Source of the DNA: Octopus bimaculoides
Lineage: Eukaryota
Assembly (NCBI RefSeq): GCF_001194135.2
Contig: NC_068985.1
Location: 32,152,121-32,216,120, forward strand
Length of the DNA stretch: 64,000 nt
Direction of reading: 5' to 3'
Shown: in pieces, positions 12,993 to 26,489 of the stretch
Numbering within the stretch: position 1 is the stretch's first letter
How the letters are laid out: the number at the start of each line of letters is the position of its first letter
The notes under the pieces: model-generated
Database searches by the model: none
Seen by the model: the letters and a program-made list of their open reading frames with translations, nothing else
Told to the model about the DNA's origin: nothing
Translations under genes and position numbers: made by a program

Positions 12993-14083
12993 GTATGTAT
13001 TTGTTTGTAAAATTTTTGCTTGCAGCTGTGTTATGACTTGTTGTATAATGAACATTTACATGTTATCAAATATTACAAAGTATAATTTTCTCTCTGCAAC
13101 TATTTCAAACTTAGATTACAATCAAATTTCAGAAAATCTGAGAAAATTATTTTATATGCTCAGATATAATTCAAAAGCATTTCAAACAAATGCACACAGA
13201 GAGAATAGGAAAATGAGATGACTTAATATTTGCTCCTTCTCCCCCTCTACATTCGTGTTTAAATTTCCACTCTGTTCTCTTTTTCTCTTCCAGGTATTTA
13301 TCCCTGTTGCCATTTCCGTCTATCTCTTTTTGTCCCTCACTTCTCCCTTTCCATCTTTCTCTAGTCAAGTTACTTCCCTTAGCGTTATTCAAAAGATATG
13401 TAGGTAAGAGCGTACTGTTGTATTGATAAATAGATTATCTGTTCCATAATTGAGCACGAATATATTTAGAAAGAAATTATCCAGAGTTATTTCCCTTATG
13501 TTTTGTTTTAAAAAATATTATCTGTCAAAATGGATCTTTCTTTTGATACATCGAAGTCAATCCTCCTAGTACCAGTCCCAATTTAACTGTAAATGTTAAA
13601 GTCTCCTTTGGCTATGGTAAATTCAACCTAATTTTAACAAGTGATTTTGACACGACAACAAAGTCTTAGAAAATACTTCTTTTAAAAAAAGAGTATTAAA
13701 ATTATGAATGTATTGACATAAAGTCTAAATTTTCTATATAAATGGATCGTGATACACATTTAACTTATACAATTATAATTGACGAAATCCTGACTTCGTG
13801 TTTAGAAATGAGAAGTTTTTTAATACGTGCATCTAAACTGTTTCAGTCAATTTTAATCTCTGATTGTCATCAAGTGTTTAACATCTGGATGTTTATATAT
13901 TATGACTATTCAAGCTAGAAATCTTTATTCCAAAACTGTTCAGATATTATTTAGTAATATATTAGAAACATCGTTACAACTGATGGATATGGAAAATGTA
14001 TGCTCCACCGAGTGGTTTGTAGATGACTTTCTTTGTTGTAATTAACCAAGATACTTCAGCAATTAGCTAACGTGGGCTACAAC

Positions 14084-15045
14084 CAGTGGTGGATCTACAA
14101 TATTGGGGCCCTGAAGCTTAAAATGTTATGGGGTTCCCTTTACAACCAGCAACAGTAGGGTAACATCCAACAAGGGTCAAAGAATTTTTGTGCCCTTCCA
14201 AAGAACTTCAGCTTCAGGCCCTGATAGCCTAAATGGTGGAGTTGTGATGTGGAGTCCTTAAAAATGAGTCTGAAAGTGAGCCCTCTATCCACCAGAATCG
14301 AGGTGTGTGTAATCACTGATACCTTTGTCGATGTGGTTGTTCTATGGCAGATCACTACAGATATTTTCCAGGTTATACCTTATGCTTTTAGAATTGTGGG
14401 GGTTGGAAATTAGGGAAGCGTTATATACATGTATGATGCATCATTCAGATACATATGAAAATTACAAAATACTCTTTTTTCTGTTTTGTAGCAACAGTTT
14501 TGTCATATGACAGCTTCTTTGCAATGTCATTTTCTAGAGATAATATGCATAAGGAATTTAAGCGCTCTTCAGTTATTGTAGACCGAAATTTATTCTTAAC
14601 AAAGGAAAGCTTTGACGAACTCCTTTCTGCTTCACAGCTCATGATAGGCATTGTCAAGTACAGCTTATGCACAGTGGTAATATTAGGGGACACTTCAATT
14701 AATTATTGCTCATAAGTAAGCTGAAGAACTTCTGTGCATTGCATTTTAGATGGTGTGTTTTATTCTGTGTTCCGGGATTTCCTAACTGATAACACTCATT
14801 TATTAATTTGTGGTCAATATTGTCTTTGTAATGCGATATTTGATACTGTTCTCATCAAATTCTGAATTGTTCATCAATTCTGAGAGAAACTTGAACTTTT
14901 CTGCTCATATGGGTCCATCCTCTTGCTTAATTGGATTATCAAACAGTCATAGACTTGATTTAGAACTTCTATCCCAAATTTTTCAGCCCCTTTCAAAGAA
15001 GCCATATCACTTGTTCCATCTGCAAATTTCTTTGTATCATTAAAG
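14084..15045 (-). mobile_element. hAT DNA transposon 3' remnant (C-terminal dimerisation domain plus terminus)
   Basis: ORF 14445-14693 contains MPIMSCEAERSSSKLSFVKNKFRSTITEERLNSLCILSLE, matching the hAT motif PxSxAxxERSFSxLxxxKxxxRSxMxxxRL. hAT-like terminus CAGTGGTGGATCTAC at 14084. Confidence 0.85.
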
Positions 15046-15054
15046 GTATTCCAT

Positions 15055-18000
15055 CTATTCATCATCATTCAACATCTATCCTCCATACTTGCATGGGTTG
15101 GACGGTTTGACATGGAGCTGGCACTAAGCTCCACTATTTGTTTTAGCATGGTTTTCATGGTTGGATGTCCTTCCTAATGCCAGCCACTTTACAGAGTGGA
15201 CTAGGTGCTTTTTACATGGCACCAGCACCAGTGAGGTCTGCTTTAGCATGGTTTTTATGGCTTGATGCCCTTCTTATGCCAACCACTTTACAAAGTGAAC
15301 TGGATGCTTCTTGTGTGGCACTAGCAGCAGTGAGGTCACCAAGTAACTTGCAAGACAAAGATCCTTTGAGAGGGGGATGGTATTGAAGGAGGTGGCTTTG
15401 TGCCAAGTGATGAGAGGTGAGAGTATGACAGAGGGACAGAAGCAGGTGTCTTACTGTAGTGGAGATACATGGTTACCCCAGTCAGAAGAAGAGAGAGAGA
15501 GAGAGAGTGGTGATATGCCAGGGCATACTCTCAAGGTACAATGATGTGAATATAAATGGGATGGTAGAGGATTACTCAGGGTGTGTTAGTAGGGAGTTCA
15601 TGTGAATGCAAAAGGAGGGAGGGGGAAATGCAGTGACTAGTGAAGCCTGGGTATATAGGGGGAATGACAGGATAGCAATGATATAGTTGGCATGGCAGGT
15701 AGGACATGATTGAACTGCAGGAGCAGGGAGGGAGAGATAAGTGTAATGCATGAAGAAGGAGAGATGTAAGGAAGAGGAGACGTAGTTTGGTTTATTGGGT
15801 TAGAGTGTGTGAAAAATTTAATGATACATGTGGGGAGAACACAGTGCTTCTGGAACTCAGTTTTGCTGAGGTGGGCAGGTCTTCTGAAGAACCTTATATC
15901 ACTAGACATCTTGGTCTGTTGTCATCTCCTCCATGAAGCCCAACATCTTGAGATTGGTCCTCACTACTTCATCTCATGTCTTCCCAGGTCTCCCTCTTCC
16001 ACAGATGCTATCCACTTTAAACAATTGACATTTCTTTATACAGCTGTCTTCATGCGTATGTATCACATGTCCAAACCAACATAGTCTTCTCTCTTGCATG
16101 CTGCATTTGATTCCTCTTATACCAAAATTTTCTCTCAGCACATTTCCACTTTGTTATACATGCACACTGCTGTTGCATATCCATTTGAGCATACCAGCTT
16201 CATCCTTCTCAGGTCTACACATGTTTTCTGCATTTAGGGCCACATCTCATTACGATGGTGTTTAATAGTTTTTAGACAAGCATCATAAAATCTGCCTTCC
16301 ACTCTGAGAGAGAGTCCTTTTGTTGCCAACAGAGGTAATAACTCTCTGAACTTCCTCCATACTATTTTTATTCTAGCAACAATACTTTTAGAACCTCCTC
16401 CATCACTGCTAATTTGGTCACGTAGGTAACAGAAACTATCAACAACCTCCTGTACACCTGCCACATACAAAGACGACTTTCTCTGTTAACCTGCATGTGA
16501 TTCCATTGCACTTCTTATGAGTCTGTAGGTTGCACTGGGTGCAACCAATGGAATTTGTTTCCAACACCTTTCCTACATACTGCATCACATCTAGTTTAAT
16601 TTTGTTCCTAAACAGTTGAGCTATCTCTCTATATATAACTTTCTGTAGTTGTTTCTATCTGACGGAAAGAGAGTCTTATTTGCTTTCTTACTAACAACAA
16701 CTTTAGTCTTCACTAGATTCTGCTATAAGAGCAAGGTCATCATAGTAGTTCTCATGGACAGCCACTTTTAAATTTCTCTTGACTACAAATTCCTATGACA
16801 ACAAAATGGAATATTTACTGTCAAAATAACTAAGACATGCCTAGAGGACTATGATGAATAAGAGGGACTGAGAACTGAGCCCTGGTAAACCCCTACTTGT
16901 TCATTAAATAACTGAGTGAGGAACTCTGTCAAAAGCTCTCTCCAGGTCAACAAAAGCCAAGTACAATGGTTTACTTTTGGCCAAATACTTCTCATGCAGC
17001 TGTCTCACTGGGAAAATGGCATCTGTGGAACACTTTCCAGTTTCAAAGCCAATCTGCATCTCACCTGGTTTAATTCTATTCCTAAATAGTTGAGCTATAA
17101 CTCTCTCCATAACTTTTTGACCTGGTCCAGCAGTTTGATACCTCTGTAACAGTTTCTCTCTAAGGCATCACATCTACCCTTGTAGCAGCTAACTATAATA
17201 CTACTACATAAGTCATTGGGGATGATGCCCTCCTGGATAACCAATTTAACTATATGAGTATCCTATTCCACCAGATATTTTAAGCATCACAGTGGTGATT
17301 CCTGATGGTCCAGGAGCTTTTTCTCTCTTCATATCTTTAATTGCCTTATCTATCATACTGCTCTCAAATCTCATGACTGGTTTCTCAGTTGGTTCTGTAT
17401 TTGAAAGACTCTCCTTCTCTCATGCATTTTCCACACTTAGCAATCTTACATGGTGGTACTTCCATGCATCTTTCTTCTCTGAATCCCTAAGTGCAAGCAT
17501 ACTATTATCCATTCATACACATTTCTCATCCACAACATCTCTATTCTCTCTGATACCCTACTTTGCAATCCTCATGCTGTAGGAGATTAGCAAATCTCCT
17601 AATTTCTACTTTTCTTTTTGTTATGTAAACCAAACTTCTCTTCTGGTTATTCGATATAATTCTCTGCTTCCACCATTTTTCAGTCTTTCCAGACTTGTCT
17701 TTTCTTTTCTATAGCACTGTCTACCTCCTTGTTCCACCACCACCACCACCACCACCACATCACCCTTGGCTTGGCTGGGACTTTGCACCAGCCACAGACT
17801 TGGTCTGAAGCCTGCAGTAGGAGTTAGGCAGGAACTTCCAATTGTTCTCTAAGCTATATGCCTTCAACTCCTCCTCCTTCACACCAGAAGCTTTCATTAG
17901 AATATCTCAGAATTTCTGTTGGTTAGTTGAGTCTTTGAGTTTCCATAACCTTCTTCTCCAGGCTGGTTTATTTTTCTGAGTCCTTCTAGCTCTAATTCTG

Positions 18001-18700
18001 AAGTCACTGATTAGCAACCTATGCATTTGTGAACATCTGTCTATCTCGTTGACTGGCAAGGATGTAATAAATCTGGCTTATGTGCCCACCAGACTGATAA
18101 GTAATCAGGTAACTGGCTGGATTCCTGAAGTGAGGTTAGTATTGCAGATCATCAGATCATTTGCATTTCAGAACTCCAGAAGCCTCCTCATTCATAGAGC
18201 CAAAGCCATAACATCTATACACACTATGGAATCCATGAGAGTTCTGTCTGACATGCCCATTGAAGTCATCAGCCACAATAACCAAGCCTGTGATTTGTCT
18301 TTGAGGTAGTCTGCAAAAAATCTCATAAAATTGGTCCTTCTGGTTATCCGTCAGCCCAGACCGTGAAGTATAGGAGAGATAAAGGTCACTGTTAATTTAT
18401 CTAAGATCAGTATCAGCTTAACTACCCTATCACATACTCTGACTACCTCAATTACCTTATCAACCCATTTTACTACCAAAAGTATGCATATACCACTCAC
18501 CCCATCAGAAATATTTGAACCTGTGTTTCTTATCCATGAAGAATCTAGCAGAGGCTCCCCTCCATCTTACAGACCATACATCTTGCACTTCTTGCACACC
18601 ACACATGTCACTATGCTGTTGCTTCAGCATTTCAATAGAAGTGGTTACAAAGATGGAGGCTACCTTTAGAGTCCACAAGAATCTATTGTAGTACACTCGT
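15055..18700 (-). mobile_element. Degenerate near-full-length RTE-clade LINE (APE endonuclease + RT + 3' UTR with GAT tail)
   Basis: Endonuclease fragments: CGVQEV...RWRGASAR (18505-18696) and DDFNGHV...ITYQSGG (~18050-18300). RT fragments: GFETGKCSTDAIF...LYLAFVDLERAFDRVPH (16904-17110) and KIVWRKFRELLPLL...GRFYDAC (16234-16470). (CAT)n at ~15060. Many stops and frameshifts. Confidence 0.9.
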
Positions 18701-19589
18701 TATTATATGGATTTAATAAAAGAATTTGTTGTATTTAATTCTTATGAATACTATTAGAAGCACTATTTTGTCCTTTCATTTTCTTGACAGTAAGGTATGA
18801 TTTGAGGGAATTTGGTTGCTTTTTGAAAGAGATCAAAATGACCTACAAGAGGCTTTCCAGTTGATTCATTAAGGATGTAGTTTAGGCTGTATGTATATGT
18901 GTGTAAAATAACTATCTTTTAGTCGTGAAGTTATGGACTCCATTTAGTAAAAATATATTCAGTTGTCTATTTTTTATTTTCATGTTTAGTTGCTCTCCCT
19001 TTTGTTCTCTCTCTCTCTTTCTTTCTCTTTCTTTCTTTTGTAACATTATAGCCTCTCATTTCAATAATAGATAAGTAGAGAAACTATCCTCAAGTTAATA
19101 ATTCTGATGTTAACCAGTGAGGAAGTCAAAGTTCCTGGAATTGCTACTAAGAAGTTGTTGTTTTACAAGCTAGTAAAAAAAATTGTTACAGTTTCTTTTG
19201 GAATGAGCCCATATTAAGTTCAATAGAGCTCATTGTATCTATGAATATTTATCAACTTTAATCAGGCAAAGGTTATGTTATTGATATCATTTGCTTATTT
19301 TTCATGCTGGTGATTCAAAATGAATTCATGTTTCCTGAAATAAATTCGATTCACACCTAACAGCTGTTCCAGAATCCACTTACACTTAAATCCTATAAGA
19401 TACTCTGTCTTGTTGATACCAATTAATAATCACAATAGTGTAACATCCAGTCATCATATCAAATAGACCATTTCTGGTGGAAAAAAAAAAGGTTTAAATT
19501 AGGATATTTCTTTATTTCCTTTCTATTTTTTTCTTTATATGTGGATGTGTTAGGCATTATGCACCACCACCACCACCACCACCACCACC

Positions 19590-20075
19590 ACCATCGTCGT
19601 TGTTGTTGTCATCATCATTTAACATCCATTTTCCATGCTGACATGGATTGGACAGTTTGAGAGGAGTTGGCCTACTGAAGAGCTGCCTGGGCTCCATGTT
19701 TGTTTTGGCATGGTTTTTACAGCTTGATGCCCTTCCTAATACCAACTACTTTCCAAAATGTACTAGGTGCTTCTATGCAGCACTGGCATGGATCCTTTTA
19801 TGTGGCACTGGCATAGGTGCTTTTTATGTGGCACCAGCACCCATGAGCCCATAAGATTAGGATTACTCAGCTGAAGAGGGGTCTAGGGGACATGCCTGTA
19901 TGCAAGGACAACTACAGTTTTACTTAACCTCATGTCTTCTCAAGCACAGCAAACTGCCAGAAGTTTTGTTCCCTTGTCATTCCCTCAGTGAGGCCCAACA
20001 TCTGAAGATCCTTTCTCACCACTTTGTTCCATATATTCCTGAATCTATCCTTTTTTACATGTTCCCTCTACATAC
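19590..20075 (-). mobile_element. Old RTE-tail retroposon 3' UTR copy
   Basis: Same catcatcatttaacatccattttccatgct...gatgcccttcctaat sequence as 15055-15410. Confidence 0.8.
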
Positions 20076-20479
20076 TTTTTAAAGTAACACCTGACCATCA
20101 TAAGCAACTTTCTGTCAAAGCTTTTATCTTAAGAAATTCAAATGATCTGCTGCTTTTGGAAAACCTTTTCTTGTAGGCTTGAATGTATATTAATTATAAA
20201 GACTTACTGCATATTTATTCCAAGAAAACTACAATTCTTTATAATTTATTATGGCTCATCTTGATTATGTTTTTACTTTGTTTTATTTTGTGTCCTAAGA
20301 GTATAACCCATTGAAAGCAAATATTGTATTTGTGATTCTTGCCATGAAATTTTAGTTATGTTTCAAATATGTTATTAAGAAAAATAATAAGTATATATGA
20401 AAGCTTTTAATTATTATTTTAATGTTAGATCAAGCAAAAACACTTTTTTGCTAAAATAATAAAAGAAAAATCAATTCAC

Positions 20480-20925
20480 AGAGAAATAGTGTTTCAAATT
20501 TTGGCTCAAGGCCAACAATTTTTGGGGAGGGGCTTGTTAATTACATTGACCCCAGTGCTCAACCCATACTTATTTTGTCAAGCCTAGAAAGATGAAAAGC
20601 AAAGTTGACCTTTGAACTCAAAACATTCAGAGCCAGAAGAAATGCTATTCAGCATTTAGTTCAATGCACCAACAATTCTGCAGCCCTTATTCACTTATAA
20701 ATACTGGTTTCAAGTTTTGGCACAAGACCAGCAATTTTGGGGGAGGGGTAATTCAATTACATCAGCCCCAGTCCTCAAATGATACTTATTTTGCCGACCC
20801 CAAAAGGATGAAGTGTACTATTGACCTTGGCAGAATTTGAACTCAGAATGTAAAGATGGATGAAATGCTGCTAAGCATTTTGGTCCAGCATGCAAATGGT
20901 CCTGCCAGTCCGCTACCTATTCACT
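20480..20925 (-). mobile_element. Two tandem CORE-domain tRNA SINEs
   Basis: Both contain the reverse complement of the CORE motif GCCTTTCATCCTTT..GGGGTCGATAAA.TAAGTACC (e.g. gatacttattttgccgaccccaaaaggatgaag). They are adjacent, with a shared ttcacttataaat junction. Confidence 0.8.
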
Positions 20926-22627
20926 TATAAATGTTGAAATAAAATATGGGAATTCTACTTATTATCTATATTCTGATGAACTGCCACTTCAAAAATATTG
21001 CAAAACTCATCCCATATAAATTTTCACCAATGTTTACATCCACTTTGCCATTTCAAAACTGAATCATCCCACTAGAGTTGTTATTTTACCTGCTTCCTCA
21101 CAGTATTCTGATATGTACCAGGAAAAAAATATATGACAGAAAAGGTATACTGCCCTAATTAAAGTTATGCTTATTCTTATAACAGGATATTAATGATATA
21201 TAGTCCCTCACTTGAAATCAGATCATGAACATCAGTCACAAGAAGCTGAAGCAATGGTGATTATCACACAAACATAAGGCTTAGTAGTACATAAAGAAAC
21301 TATTCAGTTTCATAAACAAATAAGCATATTTGGTGAGAGGTTAAAAACTAGATTCTGATAAAAACTAGATTTCTGATAAATACTGCATTGACTTTCCAGA
21401 CAAAACTCATTATAACACTTTAGTTAAGTTAGTGTTAACATATTTAATACAGAGAGGATTAAATGCTCTTTGTGAGGTTAAAAAAAGATAGCCGGTGACA
21501 AACATTATTTTATTTATTTCGGCTAGGTTGGGAGACAACTCTTGACATTTTATGGTATTATTATGACCTCATTAGGGAAGCATATTTTCTATAGTACTTG
21601 CTACCCTTATTTCAACATGTATAATGAAAACTACTTCATTGATGATTATATAATACAAACAAAACTAGTCTTGAGTTTTCTCCCTTATTTGCTGAAATAA
21701 TCAAAATATATTAATCTGACTGATATAGGTTTTTATCTCACTAATTAGTTTTGTAATGCTCTTTTCATTAGATATATTAACACTACGTCAATAACTGTTT
21801 TTTGTGCAGATGGTGCCTCTTAGTTATAATTTCATTATAATACCTGTTTCTGTCTATAAAGTTACAAAATGTGTACCATTCTTATTTTATGGTTGAGCAG
21901 TTGACAGTAGGAAAAATATTTACTCTTAAAAATTCTTACTTATTCTAACTTCAATGAATTATGCTAATGTCATTTAACATACATTGACATACCAAAATGA
22001 ATGTATGGCTGTAAAATTAAAAATGATTAGCAAAAAAAAAGTATTTATGTGATAATAATGCATGTTATATACACATCCAGTTCACATCGTCACACTTTTA
22101 ACTCAAAATATATGACTACAAATCCTCTTTATTATCACTACTGCTTCCTGTGTGCTTTTATGCTGATGTTGTATTGACGATTCTGCAAGACAACTTACAC
22201 ATTTCCACCCCTGATAAATTAGGTAGAGTTATGGATGGAAAAATAAAATCAAAGTAGTGTTAGATTGTAGAAAGCTTTTGTACATCCAACTTGTTTCTGT
22301 GTTTGAAGACAAACTTCAAAATGAGTAAAGATATAAAATGAATTAAAAACAAAGGCTATCACTGACACATATAAACAGATATATGTGAAAAAGAAAATTT
22401 TATATTACTTTTAATACATTGTTTGATCACTGAAAAGCATTTTCGCTTTGTTGAAATAGATTTTGTCATGTGCCATTTAGGTCACTGTTGAACTGAAATG
22501 AACTTCAATAACTAACATCTGTTGCATTACTGCATAATGGAATTGAAGGTTTAGATACCTGTGGAGTATCTCCTTCTCCCATTATAATTGTTTTGTAGTT
22601 TCAAGGAGCTGGAACGGGTCACTGATT

Positions 22628-23660
22628 TGTGACGTCTGTGCGAAGCAAGGTGATGAGAATGGCTTCTTATTACATCACACGGTCAATACAATAAATGTAA
22701 ATAGAACAATGCATATATATGCCAGAGGGAAATAAGAGACACAACCAGGTAGAATGTTTAAGAGAAGATTTATTGATATGTTAACATGTGTGATTGTGTG
22801 TGCGTCATATATACAGAATAATAGACAGGCCGTCATAAGAATAAGAATATGCCTGTGTATGTAGGCATAGATGTATGCACGTTAAGAACATACAAGGATG
22901 GTGATGAAGAAGAGACAGTGAAAGAGTCTATAGCCATCGAAGTGAGGAGTAAGTTCATAGACACAAGAATGATAAACACCAGTTCGAAGTCAATTGTACA
23001 CGATAGCTGAAATACTGTATCAAGAAGTTGCGGCGATGATGCAGAGCTGGTTGTGGTAAATGTCTTACGTGAAGTTGTGGCTGTGATGCTGCTGCCTGGG
23101 TCACTTGGTACAGGAGTTCTTGCAGGTTGTATATTCACTGTTGATCCATGGTGAAGTAGTTCACGAACAGTGCAGTGTTGTAACCTGGTTGAGTTGCTTG
23201 TTGAGTTGTGTATGTAGAGAGAGGTTGGTGTTGGGACGAATGGCAGTGGCAGAGAGGGAGGTTGCTGGATGCTGTTGGACGAAGTTGATGAGTCTTCACG
23301 TAGCTGCTGTTGTATTGTTGCTGGAACTGGCGGTGTCTTGTGTGGTCAGTGGCCAGACCTTAAAAGGTCTGGAACTGAATGACATTGAGATGAGGAAAAG
23401 TTAGGTTTTTTTATAAGGAGTTGTAGGCTCAGCTGAGGTAGAAAACAGGCTGTCACACGTGACCTTATTTGAAGGCTGCAATTGGTTGGGTTGCATATTG
23501 GCACACAATAGAGCAAGAGACAAATTGTGCCAATACCAACCAATCAGAGTAGTGGACACAACAGGGTTCAAAATATGGCCAAAGGCTAGCTGTTATCTAC
23601 TACGTTCGTATGTATATATAATAGAGAGGAGAGGAATTTCACTCAAGTGTACACTACAAC
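22628..23660 (-). mobile_element. Probable LTR (solo or orphan), relatively young
   Basis: A CpG-retaining block in CpG-poor DNA. On the minus strand: CCAAT boxes, TATAAAAA (~23410), AATAAA (~22770) and a ...GTCACA end at 22628. The right boundary and TSD are not resolved. Confidence 0.45.
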
Positions 23661-23849
23661 TGTATATGTATCTGTATGTGTGTTTCATTATATATTGATA
23701 TTGCATAAACAAAATTAGAGAGCCATCTAAAGAAATTTTTATTTATTGAGAAGTTTTCATTAATGTTATAATTGCTGCATTAAGAATTTTTTTATAATAG
23801 ATGTACGGTAATGATATCTTAAAATTCTAATTCATGAACTATGTTCTCT

Positions 23850-24300
23850 ATGCCTGAGAAAAGAGTCATGAAAGGCAATTTGATAGTTACCATGAGGCTG
23901 CCAATTACCAGCAGATTTTTTGAGACTACATGAAGGGGCAAAGACCAGTTGTTGCTCATTGGATTAACTATGCCCAGTTCCAGTATGTGCTTGGACTCTA
24001 CTTTGGTGATCTTAACATCATCAGGAGTAAGTCACTGAAGAAGAAAAACCACTGAAGGTATATTAGGTTCAAGTGGTGTGTCAGAGTGAGTCACTGGATG
24101 ATGGAACATGACAGTTCCAAGATAAGAAAGCAAAGTGACTTTGGAAAGTTCCGTTCATGGTATAGCAATATGTGTTAAGGAAAAGTAAGAATATGTCTGT
24201 AAAAGTGGTGAGTGTGCTAGTGTAGACTGCTTTCACAACATGGTATTTTGACAGTCATAACTGTGGAGACCGCCAAATGCAATAATGCTTCACTGTTTGT
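23850..24300 (-). mobile_element. Old Ty3/Gypsy pol (RT N-terminus) fragment
   Basis: The minus strand gives KVESKHILELGIVNPMSNNWSLPLHVV...GNWQPHGNY, resembling gypsy GIIxPSxSxWASPLHxVxK...WRPCGDYR. Confidence 0.65.
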
Positions 24301-24959
24301 GTCACTAATCTCTTGATATTTAGACTGTCTGCATGTTAAGCTCTGTTTTCTCTCTTCAGATCTGGTATCTTTCTATGTACTCCATAACAAATCTAACTGG
24401 ACAGATCTCTAGTGATGTCAGCACTTGAATATCCAGAACATATTTATATATAATTTCATTGGCCAGATTTTTGCTGATGAACATTTTTGCAATTGGAAAA
24501 CAAACAATCCAGCTTCAAATTGAAGAATACTTAATGTAAGAAATAGATTATTTAATTCCTATTTAGAAAATCTTGTTTCCTCTGCCATACTGGCATATTA
24601 AAGCTATTCAATTTTGAAATAAATCTGATGATTATATTGAATGCAATTTCTTATTCAACAGTTAACAGGTATTCTGAGATTTTATTTGCTAAATTAATTT
24701 TTAGTTCTAAGGTTTGGCAATTTTGGGGGAGAGTGTATAACATCACAAAGTATTCAAATATCTGTCCCTTTTTTTCATCTGAAGCATGTCTCCTTTGCTT
24801 TGTTATGGAAAAATTTCTTGAATGTTATTTTATTGAAACAATTATTCCATTCAAATTTTTTAAGTGAAAATAAGACACAAATTTTAAACACTAAGCAATT
24901 TATTCACAAAATGATATAATTATCATTTCCTTCCAGTATCTTCTGCCACATTGTGGGCA

Positions 24960-25650
24960 GATCCATTATTCCCTACTCAAAGGATTCCCTGTTTTTAGTG
25001 ATGAAAATCTTTTCCAGGTGAATTTTTACATCTTCAGTTGAAGGTCTGTCTATTCAATGAATTTTGAAGAGAACAAAACAGGTGGAAATCTGAAAGCACA
25101 AAACTTCCCAGCCAAGCCCCAGTAGCTTCAGCTAAGTTTGCAAAGAAGTATGCAGTCTGGCATTGTCATGCCCTTATGATTAGCAAATGCCAAACACTTC
25201 TGGTGGGTTACTGTGTTTTATTTGTTCAGCTGGTCACTGTATACATCTGAATTGATGGTTCTGTCTATGGAAAGAAGCTCATAAAAGACAACACCCTTCC
25301 AGTCTCACCAAGTTGAAAGCATAATCTTTTCCAGGTGAAATCTTGCTTTGGAGGTTATTTGTGGTGGTTCACCATGTTTCCTCCATGATTGGTTGCACAT
25401 CACATTGTTATAGACAATCTATTTTTTATCTCCTGTCACTATCAAAAAAGGATAATTTTCTTCAAGTTTCTACATTGAAGTGCAGACAGAGATCTGTTGG
25501 TTGAGGTTAATCTCATTCAATTGATGTGGGAATTGAACATCAAGCCTGCTGATGTAAAATTGATGTAGATGATTTTGAACTCTCAATTTGGATATTTGGA
25601 AAATATCTGCAATCATCCTAGTCATATAATGGAGGGGTGCTAGAATAAGA
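24960..25650 (-). mobile_element. Degenerate mariner transposase fragment
   Basis: The minus strand gives IVTGDKK*IVYNNV near 25420, matching mariner IVTGDEKWxxYNN. Confidence 0.7.
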
Positions 25651-25679
25651 ATAGGGTGGAGGAAGTTCAGAGAACTACT

Positions 25680-26170
25680 ACCTCTGTTGGTAGCAAAAAG
25701 ACTCTCTCAGAATGAAAGGTAGATTGTATGATGCTTTTATGAGAATGGCTATGTTACATGGTAGTGAGATATGGGCTCTGACTGCAAAGGACATGTGTAG
25801 GCTGGAGAGGAATGAAGGTAGTATGCTCTGTTGGATTTGCAGCATCAGTGTGCATGACCAACAAAGCACAACTGTGTTGAGAGAAAAGTTAGGCATAAGA
25901 AGTATTAAATGTGGTATGCAGGAGAGGAGTCTGCATTGGTTTGGACATGTGATGCGTATGAGTGAAGACAGCTGTATACAGAAGTGCCTGTCACTGAAAG
26001 TGGATGGTTGAGAACCACTGGTTTAGGGACAAGTGCCTGCAAGGAGAAAGGAGAAGAGAAGGAAAAGGAGGCAACAGAGGAAGTGGAGCTTTCTGGTTCA
26101 CGAGAAGAAAGAGAAGAGGATGCACAGCAAGTGACATCAGGGAGAAACGACAATGGTAACTGGGTGTCTG
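25680..26170 (+). mobile_element. RTE LINE RT C-terminal fragment
   Basis: ORF 25712-26011: KGRLYDAFMRMAMLHGSEIWAL...LHWFGHVMRM. Confidence 0.9.
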
Positions 26171-26489
26171 TGTACACTGCTCTTTGTAGATTTCCTATTT
26201 TACATATGGAAGCATAATAAGCATGCACATGCACACATACCCCTCCCCCATATAATTAAGTGTTGGATGGCAGAAGGGAGTACACCCAAACATCATACAT
26301 ATACATAGAAGAGGGGAAGACAATGTGCAGCCAGGGGAGCAAATCATCTATGTCATTATTAAAAGTAAGGGTGGGGGTGAGGTGGGGAGAGGTGCTACAG
26401 GTAAAAATGTGCAAACACACATGCTGTTTTCTACCCATAAAATCTCTAATAAAATAAAACCACTGTTATTGTTGCTCAGACTTCATCAT

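Noticed and set aside
19385-19475. Minus-strand exon-like segment with a strong acceptor and a GTAAGT donor
   Set aside because: All three frames stop, and there is no supporting context.
22199-22210. Possible 12-nt minus-strand micro-exon (TCAG|GGGTGGAAATGT|GTAAGT)
   Set aside because: No partner exons were identified, and it opposes the apparent strand skew.
22833-23404. Ser/Thr-rich and hydrophobic ORFs
   Set aside because: They lie in low-complexity LTR-like sequence, with no splice context or recognisable domain.
24360-24535. Plus-strand exon-like segment (TCTCTTCAG| ... |GTAAGA)
   Set aside because: All frames stop early. It could be a non-coding or terminal exon, but I cannot link it to the upstream candidates.
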